Below are positions 1-10,286 of a stretch of DNA of 64,000 bases, in pieces. The number at the start of each line of letters is the position of its first letter. Position 1 is the stretch's first letter. The DNA is taken from the NCBI RefSeq assembly GCF_056712565.1, contig NZ_CM160072.1; one strand, given 5' to 3'. A program made the translations under genes and the position numbers. The notes under the pieces are model-generated. The model did not search any database. It was not told where the DNA came from and saw nothing but the letters and a program-made list of their open reading frames with translations.

Positions 1-206
1 CACTGTCATGGAGCACTATCGACCGTATGGAGCGCGCAGGGGAATTTCCTAAACGCTGGTATATCACTGACAAACGCTGCGCATGGAACCGTGACGAAGT
101 TGAGCGTTGGCTTGATGAACGTCAGGCAGCAAGCCCGGCAGAGTTCCAGGGTAAAAAACCTCCTGTTCAGCAACGTGTATATCGTCCCGTGAGCAACGCT
201 GCATGA
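1..206 (+). CDS. AlpA-family phage transcriptional regulator / excisionase-like HTH protein, 5'-partial (runs off window start)
   Basis: Frame from nt 3 translates ...LSWSTIDRMERAGEFPKRWYITDKRCAWNRDEVERWLDERQ...VSNAA, stop TGA at 204-206. The GEFPK...W...DEVE.WL pattern is typical of AlpA-type regulators of P4-like elements. Not in the ORF track because the start lies outside the window. Confidence 0.5.
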   Translation, partial: LSWSTIDRMERAGEFPKRWYITDKRCAWNRDEVERWLDERQAASPAEFQGKKPPVQQRVYRPVSNAA

Positions 207-315
207 GTGCGCTGCTAAGGCACTGGAGCAAATGGTCAGGATGGTACTTATTCCTGGCCTCTGTTTCAGCATGGCTTTATCTGCTGGCATTAATTTTCAG
301 AGAGGGTTGGATTAA

Positions 316-615
316 GTGAGAAAGTTAAGCCGACTTGAAAAATATCACATGAATAAGGTTTCAATGCGCAGTCCGTCAAAGATTGTCGCCGTTACTCCTG
401 CGGCGATAGAGATCGAAAAACGCGCGATTGAAAGAGAGAAAAAAGGGCAATTCCGCATTGCCGCTCACCTTTGGCTTCAGTGTATGGATGTTGCTTCTGG
501 TGATGTTGAACGTGCAAGGATCGCGGTTCGCAGGGACCAATGTATCACAAAAGGTAACGGCCTTCGCCGTGGCGACTATAGCGGCATAGGATGTTGTGGG
601 GTGGTTTATGACTAA
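316..615 (+). CDS. hypothetical protein of integrative element
   Basis: 99-aa ORF from the track, GTG at 316 preceded by AGAGGG; internal ATGs at 349 and 364 are alternative starts. No recognisable motif. Sits between the AlpA-like gene and the methyltransferase, same strand. Confidence 0.3.
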   Translation: MRKLSRLEKYHMNKVSMRSPSKIVAVTPAAIEIEKRAIEREKKGQFRIAAHLWLQCMDVASGDVERARIAVRRDQCITKGNGLRRGDYSGIGCCGVVYD

Positions 616-1258
616 GAAATACACACTAATCTATGCAGATCCACCCTGGGTATACCGGGACAAAGCCGCAGATGGTAATCGCGGTGCCGGTTTTAAATAT
701 CCGGTTATGAGTGTGCTGGATATCTGCCGCCTTCCTGTGTGGGATTTGGCCGATGAAAACTGTCTGTTGGCCATGTGGTGGGTGCCAACACAACCACTCG
801 AAGCACTAAAAGTTGTTGAAGCCTGGGGATTCCGTCTGATGACGATGAAGGGCTTCACGTGGATAAAATGTGGTAGTCGACAACCAGATAAACTGGTTAT
901 GGGTATGGGACACATGACTCGCGCCAATAGTGAAGATTGCCTGTTTGCGGTAAAGGGAAAACTACCTACGCGCATTAATGCAGGGATCGTTCAGTCATTT
1001 ACCGCACCGCGGCTTGAGCATTCAAGAAAGCCAGATATCGTTCGTGAAAAACTTGTGCAATTATTAGGCGATGTTTCTCGCATTGAACTGTTCGCCCGCC
1101 AGACGTCTCATGGCTTCGATGTTTGGGGTAATCAGTGCGAAGACCCGGCAGTGCAACTACACCCTGGATACGCGTTGGATATTGGCGGATTAACAAATGC
1201 ATTCAGCAATGCTCCGCTGTCACCAACAGACATCCAGGGGCGGGAGCGTGCTGCATGA
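608..1258 (+). CDS. MT-A70 family DNA N6-adenine methyltransferase (phage-type orphan methylase)
   Basis: Translation MTKKYTLIYADPPW... contains the DPPW catalytic motif of MT-A70 adenine methyltransferases. ATG at 608 preceded by GGGGTGG; the track ORF starts 12 nt earlier at a GTG. Confidence 0.7.
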   Translation: MTKKYTLIYADPPWVYRDKAADGNRGAGFKYPVMSVLDICRLPVWDLADENCLLAMWWVPTQPLEALKVVEAWGFRLMTMKGFTWIKCGSRQPDKLVMGMGHMTRANSEDCLFAVKGKLPTRINAGIVQSFTAPRLEHSRKPDIVREKLVQLLGDVSRIELFARQTSHGFDVWGNQCEDPAVQLHPGYALDIGGLTNAFSNAPLSPTDIQGRERAA

Positions 1259-1449
1259 ACAGGGCATCACCAGCAGATTTAAGAAAATGCCTTGAAACTG
1301 CAAACATGCTTGCACACAGCGGGATCAGGTTTGTTCCAATTCCCGCTGTCACTGATGCTGAATTTGCAACACTGTCAGCAATATTCGAAAACAAAATTGA
1401 ATCACTGGCAGCAGAAGCAGAGATGGAAGAAAATCAGCAGAACTATTAA
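1255..1449 (+). CDS. small phage-associated hypothetical protein
   Basis: ATG overlaps the methyltransferase stop (ATGA, translational coupling). 64 aa, MNRASPADLRKCLETANMLAHSGIRFVPIPAVTDAEF...; lies between the methylase and the integrase. The 104-aa track ORF (1135..1449) is a longer in-frame form overlapping the methylase. Confidence 0.4.
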   Translation: MNRASPADLRKCLETANMLAHSGIRFVPIPAVTDAEFATLSAIFENKIESLAAEAEMEENQQNY

Positions 1450-1452
1450 ACG

Positions 1453-2703
1453 TTATTCCCCCGCCATCCACTTCTCAAACTTCGACGGGGAGAACGGAAT
1501 CAGATCCGTATGCTCCCCGTCAATCCATGAATCAATCATATCGGCCCACTGCTGCAACATGTAGGCGCGCTGTCTGGCGTATTCCGCTTTGTTATATACG
1601 GCGCTCACACCTTTCTGCTCATGTGCCAGAGCCTTTTCAATCCAGTCTGAAGGATAACCAGCCTCATGCAACAACGTACTGGCTGTACGGCGCATATCGT
1701 GTACGGTGAAGCCCTGAATATGCTCACCATCTTCATTTATTATTTTCACCGTTCTGTCGATCAGAGAGTTCAGCGCGGCATTAGATAATGGCTTCCGGAA
1801 ATTGTAACGACCAGGAACCAGATATTCACTTCCACCAGCGCACATCTGCAACCCAACCAATATATCCTGTGCCTGTTTAGGCAGGTAAATAACGTGCGCC
1901 CGGCTTCCCTTCATGCGGTCTGGAGGAATTGTCCATGTCCATTTTTTAAAATCTATTTCATCCCACGTTGCATTGGTGAATTCGCCCTTACGAACCATAG
2001 TGATAAGCACCAGTTTTAAAGCCATTTTCATAGTGCCCATAGCACCAATGGCATCCAGCGTGCGGAAGAACAGGCCAATTTCTTCTGGTGTCAGTGTTCG
2101 CTCTCGTGGTTTAAATATGGCGATAGACGAAGGTTTAATGTCAGCCGCAGGATTAAACAAACCATGACCACGGTCATTGGCGTGACGGTATACGCTACTG
2201 ATGATCTCCCTGGCCTGCACTGCTGTTGCCCGGCCACCGCGTTCGACAATCCGGTCACACAAATCACGAACCATTGATGTGGTAATTTCAGCCATCATTT
2301 TATTGCCAAGAACCGGAAGTATGTCACGGTCGATCACCGCCTGTTTCATTGCGCGGGTACTGTCAGCCAGGATGACGTGTTTCATATAACTGTCGGTATG
2401 TACCGCAAACGTCTCGGCACCACGAATCTTTTTGATACCGTCACGTTTAGCCGCAGCCGGTGACTGGCCTGCTTTAAGCAGCTTCTTTGCAGCAATCAGT
2501 TCTTCTCGCGCTTCTGCCAGGCTGATACCGTCACGCCCATACTGCCCGATTACCAGTGTTTCGCGGCGACCGTTGATACGGTAGTCATAGCGAAACGAGA
2601 CCGTGCCTGACGTAAGCACAGCTACATACAGCCCGTCACGATCGGAGACCTTGTACAGTTTGTCCTGCGGCTTGAGATTTTTTAATTTTGTATCGGTAAG
2701 CAC
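1453..2703 (-). CDS. int: tyrosine-type site-specific integrase (P4-like family)
   Basis: 416 aa, N-terminus (M)LTDTKLKNLKP..., C-terminal catalytic region ...HDMRRTASTLLHEAG...KALAHEQKGVSAVYNKAEY with the R..H..R..Y signature. Start codon is GTG. Positioned at the edge of the element next to guaA. Confidence 0.85.
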   Translation of the reverse strand: MLTDTKLKNLKPQDKLYKVSDRDGLYVAVLTSGTVSFRYDYRINGRRETLVIGQYGRDGISLAEAREELIAAKKLLKAGQSPAAAKRDGIKKIRGAETFAVHTDSYMKHVILADSTRAMKQAVIDRDILPVLGNKMMAEITTSMVRDLCDRIVERGGRATAVQAREIISSVYRHANDRGHGLFNPAADIKPSSIAIFKPRERTLTPEEIGLFFRTLDAIGAMGTMKMALKLVLITMVRKGEFTNATWDEIDFKKWTWTIPPDRMKGSRAHVIYLPKQAQDILVGLQMCAGGSEYLVPGRYNFRKPLSNAALNSLIDRTVKIINEDGEHIQGFTVHDMRRTASTLLHEAGYPSDWIEKALAHEQKGVSAVYNKAEYARQRAYMLQQWADMIDSWIDGEHTDLIPFSPSKFEKWMAGE

Positions 2704-2811
2704 AATTCACCCGTATAGAAACCATTTTCATGACGGTATGAGAGTATACCTTTAAGGTAATACCGTCACCTGTACCGACGAAAAATATGGTGTAGAGTGA
2801 ATAGAAATGAA

Positions 2812-2848
2812 TACATAAAAACAAAAACCCTCTGTAAAAACAGAGGGT
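2812..2848 (-). terminator. Rho-independent terminator downstream of guaA
   Basis: Hairpin ccctctg-taaaaa-cagaggg, followed on the minus strand by TTTTTGTTTTT, about 50 nt past the guaA stop. Confidence 0.5.
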
Positions 2849-2895
2849 TAAATTAGTATCTGAATAGGAATGAGTTGCTATGAGTTAGCTGTTAA

Positions 2896-4473
2896 TCATT
2901 CCCACTCAATAGTTGCTGGTGGCTTGCCGCTGATGTCATACACCACGCGGGAAATACCATTCACTTCATTGATAATGCGGTTGGAAACGCGGCCGAGGAA
3001 GTCGTACGGCAGATGTGCCCAGTGTGCGGTCATAAAGTCGATGGTTTCGACAGCACGCAGAGAGACAACCCAGTCATACTTACGACCATCGCCCATTACG
3101 CCAACGGAACGTACTGGCAAGAAGACGGTGAACGCCTGGCTGACTTTGTCGTACAGGTCCGCTTTACGCAGTTCTTCAATGAAGATGGCGTCAGCACGGC
3201 GCAGCAGGTCACAATACTCTTTCTTCACTTCTCCCAGAACACGAACGCCAAGGCCTGGTCCCGGGAACGGGTGACGGTACAACATGTCATACGGTAGGCC
3301 CAGCTCCAGACCAATCTTACGCACTTCGTCTTTGAACAGCTCTTTCAGCGGTTCAACCAGGCCCATCTTCATCTCTTTCGGCAGGCCACCCACGTTGTGG
3401 TGAGATTTGATGACGTGTGCTTTACCGGTTGCAGAAGCAGCAGATTCGATAACGTCAGGGTAGATGGTGCCCTGCGCCAGCCACTTCACGTCTTCCAGTT
3501 TCAGCGCTTCTTCATCGAATACTTCAACGAAAACGCGACCGATAATTTTACGTTTTGCTTCCGGATCGTTTTCGCCAGCCAGCGCTGACAAGAAGCGATC
3601 TTCTGCCGGTACGTGAACAATGTTCAGACCAAAGTGATCGCCAAACATATCCAGAACCTGCTCTGCTTCGTTGAGACGCAGCAGGCCGTTGTCGACGAAT
3701 ACGCAAGTCAGGTTTTTACCGATAGCGCGGTGCAACAGCATTGCGGTAACGGAGGAATCCACGCCACCAGAGAGGCCGAGGATGACTTTATCGTCGCCCA
3801 CTTGCTCGCGGATGCGGGCTACAGCGTCGTCGATAATTTTCGCTGGCGTCCACAGGGCTTCACACTGGCAGATATCACGCACAAAACGCTCCAGCATGCG
3901 CATACCCTGGCGGGTGTGAGTCACTTCCGGGTGGAACTGTACGCCATAGAAGCGTTTTTCTTCGTTGGCCATGATGGCAAACGGGCAGCTTTCGGTGCTG
4001 GCTACGGTGACGAAGTCGGACGGGATAGCGGTAACTTTATCGCCGTGGCTCATCCAGACGTCCAGCAGCGGTTTACCATCTGCGGTCAGCGCATCTTCGA
4101 TACCGCGAACCAGTGCGCTGTCGTTTACGACTTCAACCTGCGCGTAGCCAAATTCACGTTCGTTAGAGGCTTCAACGTGACCGCCCAACTGCATTGCCAT
4201 GGTCTGCATGCCATAGCAAACGCCGAATACCGGTACGCCTGCTTCAAAGACATACTGCGGCGCACGCGGGCTGTTTTCTTCGGTGGTGCTTTCCGGGCCG
4301 CCGGAAAGAATAATGCCGCTTGGATTGAAGTCACGAATTTGTGCTTCTGTCACATCCCACGCCCACAGTTCGCAGTAAACACCCAGCTCACGCACGCGGC
4401 GCGCAACCAGTTGAGTGTACTGAGAACCGAAGTCCAGAATGAGGATGCGATGCTTATGAATGTTTTCCGTCAT
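2896..4473 (-). CDS. guaA: GMP synthase (glutamine-hydrolysing)
   Basis: 525 aa; [36 protein letters not shown]... through ...[11 protein letters not shown] start. Confidence 0.97.
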   Translation of the reverse strand: MTENIHKHRILILDFGSQYTQLVARRVRELGVYCELWAWDVTEAQIRDFNPSGIILSGGPESTTEENSPRAPQYVFEAGVPVFGVCYGMQTMAMQLGGHVEASNEREFGYAQVEVVNDSALVRGIEDALTADGKPLLDVWMSHGDKVTAIPSDFVTVASTESCPFAIMANEEKRFYGVQFHPEVTHTRQGMRMLERFVRDICQCEALWTPAKIIDDAVARIREQVGDDKVILGLSGGVDSSVTAMLLHRAIGKNLTCVFVDNGLLRLNEAEQVLDMFGDHFGLNIVHVPAEDRFLSALAGENDPEAKRKIIGRVFVEVFDEEALKLEDVKWLAQGTIYPDVIESAASATGKAHVIKSHHNVGGLPKEMKMGLVEPLKELFKDEVRKIGLELGLPYDMLYRHPFPGPGLGVRVLGEVKKEYCDLLRRADAIFIEELRKADLYDKVSQAFTVFLPVRSVGVMGDGRKYDWVVSLRAVETIDFMTAHWAHLPYDFLGRVSNRIINEVNGISRVVYDISGKPPATIEWE

Positions 4474-4541
4474 TGACGCTTATTCCGAGGCAAGTGAAAC
4501 AGATAATATAAATCGCCCGACATGAAGTCGGGCGAAGAGAA

Positions 4542-6008
4542 TCAGGAGCCCAGACGGTAGTTCGGGGACTCTTTAGTAATGGTCACGTCGTGAACGTGGC
4601 TTTCCTGAATGCCCGCACCGCTGATACGTACAAACTCCGCTTTAGTACGCAGTTCGTCGATAGTACCACAGCCGGTCAGGCCCATACAGGAGCGCAGGCC
4701 GCCCATCTGCTGGTGAATGATCTCTTTCAGGCGACCTTTATAGGCTACGCGGCCTTCGATACCTTCCGGCACCAGTTTGTCGGCAGCGTTGTCGCTCTGG
4801 AAGTAACGGTCAGAAGAACCTTTGGACATCGCGCCCAGGGAACCCATACCACGGTAAGATTTGTAAGAACGGCCCTGGTAGAGTTCGATTTCACCCGGAG
4901 ATTCTTCAGTACCTGCCAGCATGGAACCTACCATCACCGCGCTTGCGCCAGCGGCGATAGCTTTAGCGATATCGCCTGAGAAACGGATACCGCCGTCAGC
5001 GATAACCGGAATGCCGGTACCTTCCAGGGCTTCTACTGCATCAGCAACGGCGGTGATCTGCGGAACACCGACACCAGTCACGATACGCGTCGTACAGATA
5101 GAACCAGGGCCGATACCCACTTTAACGGCACTGCAACCGGCTTCTGCCAGCGCGCGGGCACCTGCAGCAGTTGCCACGTTGCCGCCGATGATTTGCAGGT
5201 CAGGATATTTAGCGCGAGTTTCACGGATACGCTGCAGAACACCTTCAGAGTGACCGTGAGAGGAGTCGATCAGCAGAACGTCAACGCCTGCGGCAACCAG
5301 CGCATCAACACGCTCTTCGTTACCAGCGCCCGCGCCAACCGCTGCACCTACACGCAGACGGCCTTGTTCGTCTTTACACGCGTTCGGTTTACGTTCCGCT
5401 TTCTGGAAGTCCTTCACAGTGATCATGCCGATCAGGTGGAATTCATCATCAACCACCAGCGCTTTTTCAACGCGTTTTTCGTGCATTTTTGCCAGCACCA
5501 CTTCACGGGCTTCGCCTTCACGCACGGTTACCAGACGCTCTTTCGGCGTCATGTAAACGCTAACCGGCTGGCTCAAGTCGGTCACAAAACGCACGTCACG
5601 ACCGGTGATAATGCCGACCAGTTCGTTTTCTTCGGTAACAACCGGGTAGCCAGCAAAGCCGTTACGCTCGGTCAGTTCTTTCACTTCACGCAGCGTCGTG
5701 GTTGGCAGTACGGTCTGTGGATCAGTCACCACGCCAGATTCGTGTTTTTTCACACGGCGAACTTCTTCTGCCTGGCGTTCAATGGACATGTTTTTGTGGA
5801 TAAAGCCGATACCGCCTTCCTGAGCCAGAGCAATAGCCAGGCGCGCTTCCGTTACGGTATCCATTGCTGCGGAAAGCATAGGGATATTCAGACGAATAGT
5901 TTTCGTCAGCTGGGTGCTGAGGTCAGCAGTATTCGGCAGAACGGTAGAATGAGCAGGAACGAGGAGAACGTCGTCAAACGTCAGAGCTTCTTTAGCGATA
6001 CGTAGCAT
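4542..6008 (-). CDS. guaB: IMP dehydrogenase
   Basis: Translation from [18 protein letters not shown]... (488 aa) with CBS pair and catalytic [11 protein letters not shown] loop. The track ORF extends 23 codons upstream; the ATG at 6006-6008 is taken as the start. Confidence 0.95.
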   Translation of the reverse strand: MLRIAKEALTFDDVLLVPAHSTVLPNTADLSTQLTKTIRLNIPMLSAAMDTVTEARLAIALAQEGGIGFIHKNMSIERQAEEVRRVKKHESGVVTDPQTVLPTTTLREVKELTERNGFAGYPVVTEENELVGIITGRDVRFVTDLSQPVSVYMTPKERLVTVREGEAREVVLAKMHEKRVEKALVVDDEFHLIGMITVKDFQKAERKPNACKDEQGRLRVGAAVGAGAGNEERVDALVAAGVDVLLIDSSHGHSEGVLQRIRETRAKYPDLQIIGGNVATAAGARALAEAGCSAVKVGIGPGSICTTRIVTGVGVPQITAVADAVEALEGTGIPVIADGGIRFSGDIAKAIAAGASAVMVGSMLAGTEESPGEIELYQGRSYKSYRGMGSLGAMSKGSSDRYFQSDNAADKLVPEGIEGRVAYKGRLKEIIHQQMGGLRSCMGLTGCGTIDELRTKAEFVRISGAGIQESHVHDVTITKESPNYRLGS

Positions 6009-7544
<1,536 letters not shown>

Positions 7545-7546
<2 letters not shown>

Positions 7547-7578
7547 ACCGGATAAGAGGCGCCAGCATCGCATCCGGC
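7545..7578. repeat. REP (repetitive extragenic palindrome) element just after xseA
   Basis: ccggataagaggcgccagcatcgcatccgg: imperfect palindrome of the GCCGGATG...CTTATCCGG REP type. Confidence 0.5.
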
Positions 7579-7614
7579 AATAGCTCCCAGGCTACGCCAG
7601 ATCCGCCATGCTGG

Positions 7615-10170
7615 TTACTGGAAGCAGGTCACCAGACCCGGTTTATTTATTAGCGTGATACTACAATCCTGCGCTCCAGTACCTTCGTCCATCCCACACT
7701 GTTGAGAGGACAAATAAGGAAAACTGGGTGAAGACGGCCATCCCAGTGAATTAAAAACAGTATGCAACAACTCTAATTCATTGTATGTCGGTGCATTTTC
7801 TATGCTGCCACACTGCCTTGCGATATCCCATTTACTGGCATCAATGATATGTGCAGAAGCCCAGTTTTCGTAGTTAATAATCGGTGAGGATACGGGATTA
7901 GCCCCGGACGGCAATTCCGTCGTTAACAACGGTCGATGTAGCGATTTACTATTCACCACTACCGTGTCTGCCATATGTCCCCAAAAGTGCGCCGATGAAA
8001 CATTTGGGCTGGTTGGCACCGTAAAAATAGCATCCAGCGTGTCTGTCGCGGAAGCGTAATTAGCCAGAGTAACCGTCAGTGGCATTTTATAACCAGGGGT
8101 ATTATCCTGGCGGAGCGTAAAACTTGCCGTCCCATCCGCGCCTGTCATGCCACTAATGGTATTACCGCTTTCACTCAGCGTAACAGCCGAACCTGATAAC
8201 GGCTGAACGACGAGATCGTCCATCGCCACTACATTGCCATACAACGTTGCCCCAGCGTTACGCGGCGATGCCTCACCACGTTTCAAAGTAAATTCAACAT
8301 TCGGCACCGTATTCCCGGCGCTGTCTTTCACCGTCACGGTAACGGACATGGCTTCGCCTTTTTTCACTTTCGCCGCCTGAGTGGCTGCATCAAACGCTGT
8401 TGAGGTAAGTGTGACGCTGGAAACCGTTGAACGCGCGTTAGCCAGGCAAGGCTGAAATGATTTTGTTGAACCCGTATACAGCGTGCCATTTCTCAAATCA
8501 ACCGACTGGTCTTTACCATCGGCGGATTTATCCTCTGCCCACCAGGTGTAATACGCAGGCCAGCCAGTTTCAGTGACAAACGTGTTATTCGGATAACGCG
8601 CAGACAACGAACTTAAATCATTGAATAGTGGCTGCCTTGCTACTTCACAAGGGCTCACACTCGCATCTGATTTCTGTGTTGGGGTAAAGTACGGCCAGTC
8701 TTCATTATTGTTATTGATCTTGCCGACGCCAGAAGTCGATGTCAGTTCACTCCACAATTTCGGGCGTTCAAATACCGCACCATTCACTGCCGTCAAGGTT
8801 GCTGGCATATGCCCCCAGTAGTTAGCCTTCGCAGAATCCGGGCTGGTCACTACCGTGAATATCAGGTCCTGATTAGCCGTAACCTGCGGATTTCGCGCCA
8901 ATGAAGCTGTAAACGGCGTTACCAGACCAACGGTGTTATTTTGGGTAACGTTGAACGTTATCGTGCCATCACTGCCGGTGAAGCCGCTCCATGCCGACGT
9001 ATTCTGGTTGAAGGAGATACGCGCCGATGTCGGGGTGACTTCATCTAAAATGAGATCATCTACGGTATTGGAGGATACAGAGATCCCTGAACGGCTTTTC
9101 GCCTGCACGCGCTTGAGCGTAACACCTTCGCCGCCAACAGGATTACCATTGGCATCTTTGATCGTCACCACGATGGGAAGCATCTCACCTTTTTTCACAG
9201 ATGACGTGGGGGTACCACCATTGCTGGCAGTTCGGCCCTCATCATAGGCAGTCGATGACAGCGTAAGGCTTGCTGGTGCCGAATGTGGCTGCGTCAGACA
9301 GAGCATTAAAGCGTATCCATTAATAGTCGTCGTCGATTGTCCCGTTTTCAAATTAATGACGCCGTAATACCACGTCAACGCGTCAGTGGTGCTCATTTCA
9401 TAAGTCCACCAATTTCCACTTCCGGCAGTTATAGGCAACCCCAAATCTGTCAGTATTGTCCCGCCTGGATGATCATTATATAGCCCCTGTAACTCATTGA
9501 GACGCGGCTGATACTCAACCGGGCAATCCGGCGTAACTTTATTGGTATAAAAAAGGTATGACCACGACTCATTATTATTACTTACCGAGGACCCCAAGGT
9601 CGCTTCTGCTGCCAGTAGCGGTCGTTTAAAGGTCACCCCCGCCCTACTGGTAAACGTGTCGGGCATATGACCCCAGTATTTTGCTTTCGGTGAGTTCGGA
9701 CTGGTTATCACAGTGAAAATAACATCCATCGTGGCACTTTTTGTGGTGTCGCGCATCAATGTTGCAGTGAGCGGAGTTGCCAGCCCATAAGTCTCGTTTT
9801 GCGTCACATCAAAAGTCGCTTTACCATCACTTCCTGTCGTCAGAAGTGCCTGTGCCCCATTATTATAGAGTGACATGTTTACTCCGGCAGGGGTGACCGG
9901 CACGATAGTAAGATCATCATACGTAGAATCTAGCCTGTTTTTTGCACGATCCAACGCAGTCCCGCGTATGAGATTAAAGTTTGCGCCTGGCAACAGATTT
10001 CCTCCGCTATCCCGCACAATCACCGTCATCCGGATCGCCGTACCTTTCGCCGCCGTTGCACTAGGGCGACCATCGTTGCTGGCCGTTTTCTCCGCATCCA
10101 GTGCCGTGGAGGTCATCTCTATAGAAGCTGCCACTGCATGAGGGTTTACCAGACAGGACACAAATGCCAC
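7615..10170 (-). CDS. ratA: C-terminal segment of the giant RatA-like Ig-like repeat protein; not an independent gene (no signal peptide, frame stays open upstream to about 10308)
   Basis: 851-aa track ORF beginning at an internal GTG. It carries 3 further copies of the repeat module (KYWGHMPDTFTSRAGVTFKRPLLAAE, NYWGHMPATLTAVNGAVFERPKLWSE, HFWGHMADTVVVNSKSLHRPLL). Its frame is open for 46 more codons upstream and that extension aligns with the repeat consensus. Confidence 0.7.
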   Translation of the reverse strand: MAFVSCLVNPHAVAASIEMTSTALDAEKTASNDGRPSATAAKGTAIRMTVIVRDSGGNLLPGANFNLIRGTALDRAKNRLDSTYDDLTIVPVTPAGVNMSLYNNGAQALLTTGSDGKATFDVTQNETYGLATPLTATLMRDTTKSATMDVIFTVITSPNSPKAKYWGHMPDTFTSRAGVTFKRPLLAAEATLGSSVSNNNESWSYLFYTNKVTPDCPVEYQPRLNELQGLYNDHPGGTILTDLGLPITAGSGNWWTYEMSTTDALTWYYGVINLKTGQSTTTINGYALMLCLTQPHSAPASLTLSSTAYDEGRTASNGGTPTSSVKKGEMLPIVVTIKDANGNPVGGEGVTLKRVQAKSRSGISVSSNTVDDLILDEVTPTSARISFNQNTSAWSGFTGSDGTITFNVTQNNTVGLVTPFTASLARNPQVTANQDLIFTVVTSPDSAKANYWGHMPATLTAVNGAVFERPKLWSELTSTSGVGKINNNNEDWPYFTPTQKSDASVSPCEVARQPLFNDLSSLSARYPNNTFVTETGWPAYYTWWAEDKSADGKDQSVDLRNGTLYTGSTKSFQPCLANARSTVSSVTLTSTAFDAATQAAKVKKGEAMSVTVTVKDSAGNTVPNVEFTLKRGEASPRNAGATLYGNVVAMDDLVVQPLSGSAVTLSESGNTISGMTGADGTASFTLRQDNTPGYKMPLTVTLANYASATDTLDAIFTVPTSPNVSSAHFWGHMADTVVVNSKSLHRPLLTTELPSGANPVSSPIINYENWASAHIIDASKWDIARQCGSIENAPTYNELELLHTVFNSLGWPSSPSFPYLSSQQCGMDEGTGAQDCSITLINKPGLVTCFQ

Positions 10171-10286
10171 GGTGTTTGATAATGCCCTGGAGCTTGATCC
10201 ATTCGATAAATTAATAGACTGATCGTACCAGACGTTCGCGTAGGCAATTTTATCGTAAGCCCACCAGGTGTTAGTCAGCGGAAGGC

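Larger units (their letters stand above)
1..2895. mobile_element. Integrase-proximal end of an integrative element / prophage remnant inserted next to the 3' end of guaA; the other boundary lies outside the window
   Basis: Cluster of AlpA-like regulator, orphan methylase, small ORFs and tyrosine integrase immediately adjacent to conserved guaA. Exact att boundary not determinable within the window. Confidence 0.6.

Noticed and set aside
6-290. 94-aa minus-strand ORF at the window start
   Set aside because: Lies antisense to the better-supported AlpA-like reading frame (1..206 +) and has no recognisable features.
1135-1449. 104-aa track ORF overlapping the 3' end of the methyltransferase
   Set aside because: The upstream portion overlaps the methylase in another frame; the ATG at 1255 (ATGA overlap with the methylase stop) is the more plausible start, giving a 64-aa product.
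2704-2895. tRNA gene as integration target next to the integrase
   Set aside because: No cloverleaf-compatible sequence or conserved T-loop/anticodon features in the spacer; the only strong structure is the guaA terminator hairpin.
3613-4476. 287-aa plus-strand ORF
   Set aside because: Entirely antisense to guaA; a typical GC-rich shadow ORF.
5193-6005. 270-aa plus-strand ORF
   Set aside because: Antisense to guaB; shadow ORF.
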